A stretch of DNA of 64,000 bases, from positions 46,934,001-46,998,000 of the forward strand of contig OX597822.1 in NCBI GenBank assembly GCA_951406725.2, read 5' to 3'. Positions within the stretch are counted from its first letter, which is position 1. The number at the start of each line of letters is the position of its first letter. Of the stretch, positions 63,770-64,000 are shown one piece after another. The translations under genes and the position numbers were made by a program. Source of the stretch: Octopus vulgaris (lineage: Eukaryota). The notes beneath the pieces are model-generated. The model was not told where the DNA came from. It worked only from the letters and a program-made list of their open reading frames with translations, and did no database searches.

Positions 63770-64000
63770 TCTCCTTTTTTTTTCTCTTTCCTTCCTCCTT
63801 TCCTTCATTGCAATTTTATTCTCTTTCACGATCTTAATTGTTCTTTCTCTCTTCTCTCCTCCCTCTTTTCGTTCCTCCCGCTTTTCTCTCCGCCCTCTTT
63901 TCTCTCCCCCTCTTTTCTCTCCTCCCTCTTTTCTCTCCTCCCACCTCTCTCAGACCCAATAGCTCTCCGCCGGGATCCGTATAAGATTTTGTTCAAGTTT
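63770..64000. promoter_or_regulatory. Polypyrimidine tract followed by CCAAT and CpG-containing unique sequence; possible promoter at the window edge
   Basis: CT-rich tract, then CCCAATAG at ~63955 and CCGCCGGGATCCG. Confidence 0.25.

Overview
This is AT-rich eukaryotic genomic DNA made almost entirely of microsatellites and decayed mobile elements. The SINE/MITE repertoire and microsatellite density point to a coleoid cephalopod, probably Octopus (inference from pattern recognition, not a database hit). I cannot support any intact protein-coding gene, rRNA, true tRNA or CRISPR array, and nearly all ORF-track entries are microsatellite or SINE read-throughs. Recognisable relics are a Ty3/Gypsy gag-protease, RTE-clade LINEs, mariner, maT/Tc1-like, pogo/Tigger, piggyBac, Helitron, hAT and MULE-like elements, plus several tRNA-derived SINE families. 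The best candidate for an unusual system is a ~600-bp fold-back element at 18031-18628. It joins a tRNA-derived Pol III head, an (AAT)n spacer and a Penelope-type minimal type I hammerhead ribozyme, present once on each arm. Four further hammerhead-like relics from other families occur in the window. Secondary signals are a CpG-depleted domain at ~28.4-59.5 kb suggesting a methylated gene body, unidentified decayed ORFs at 24-26.4 kb, and a polarised AGTCTC/(TA)n array that ends in a 41-bp hairpin. Element boundaries were read by eye and are approximate unless a TIR or TSD is quoted.
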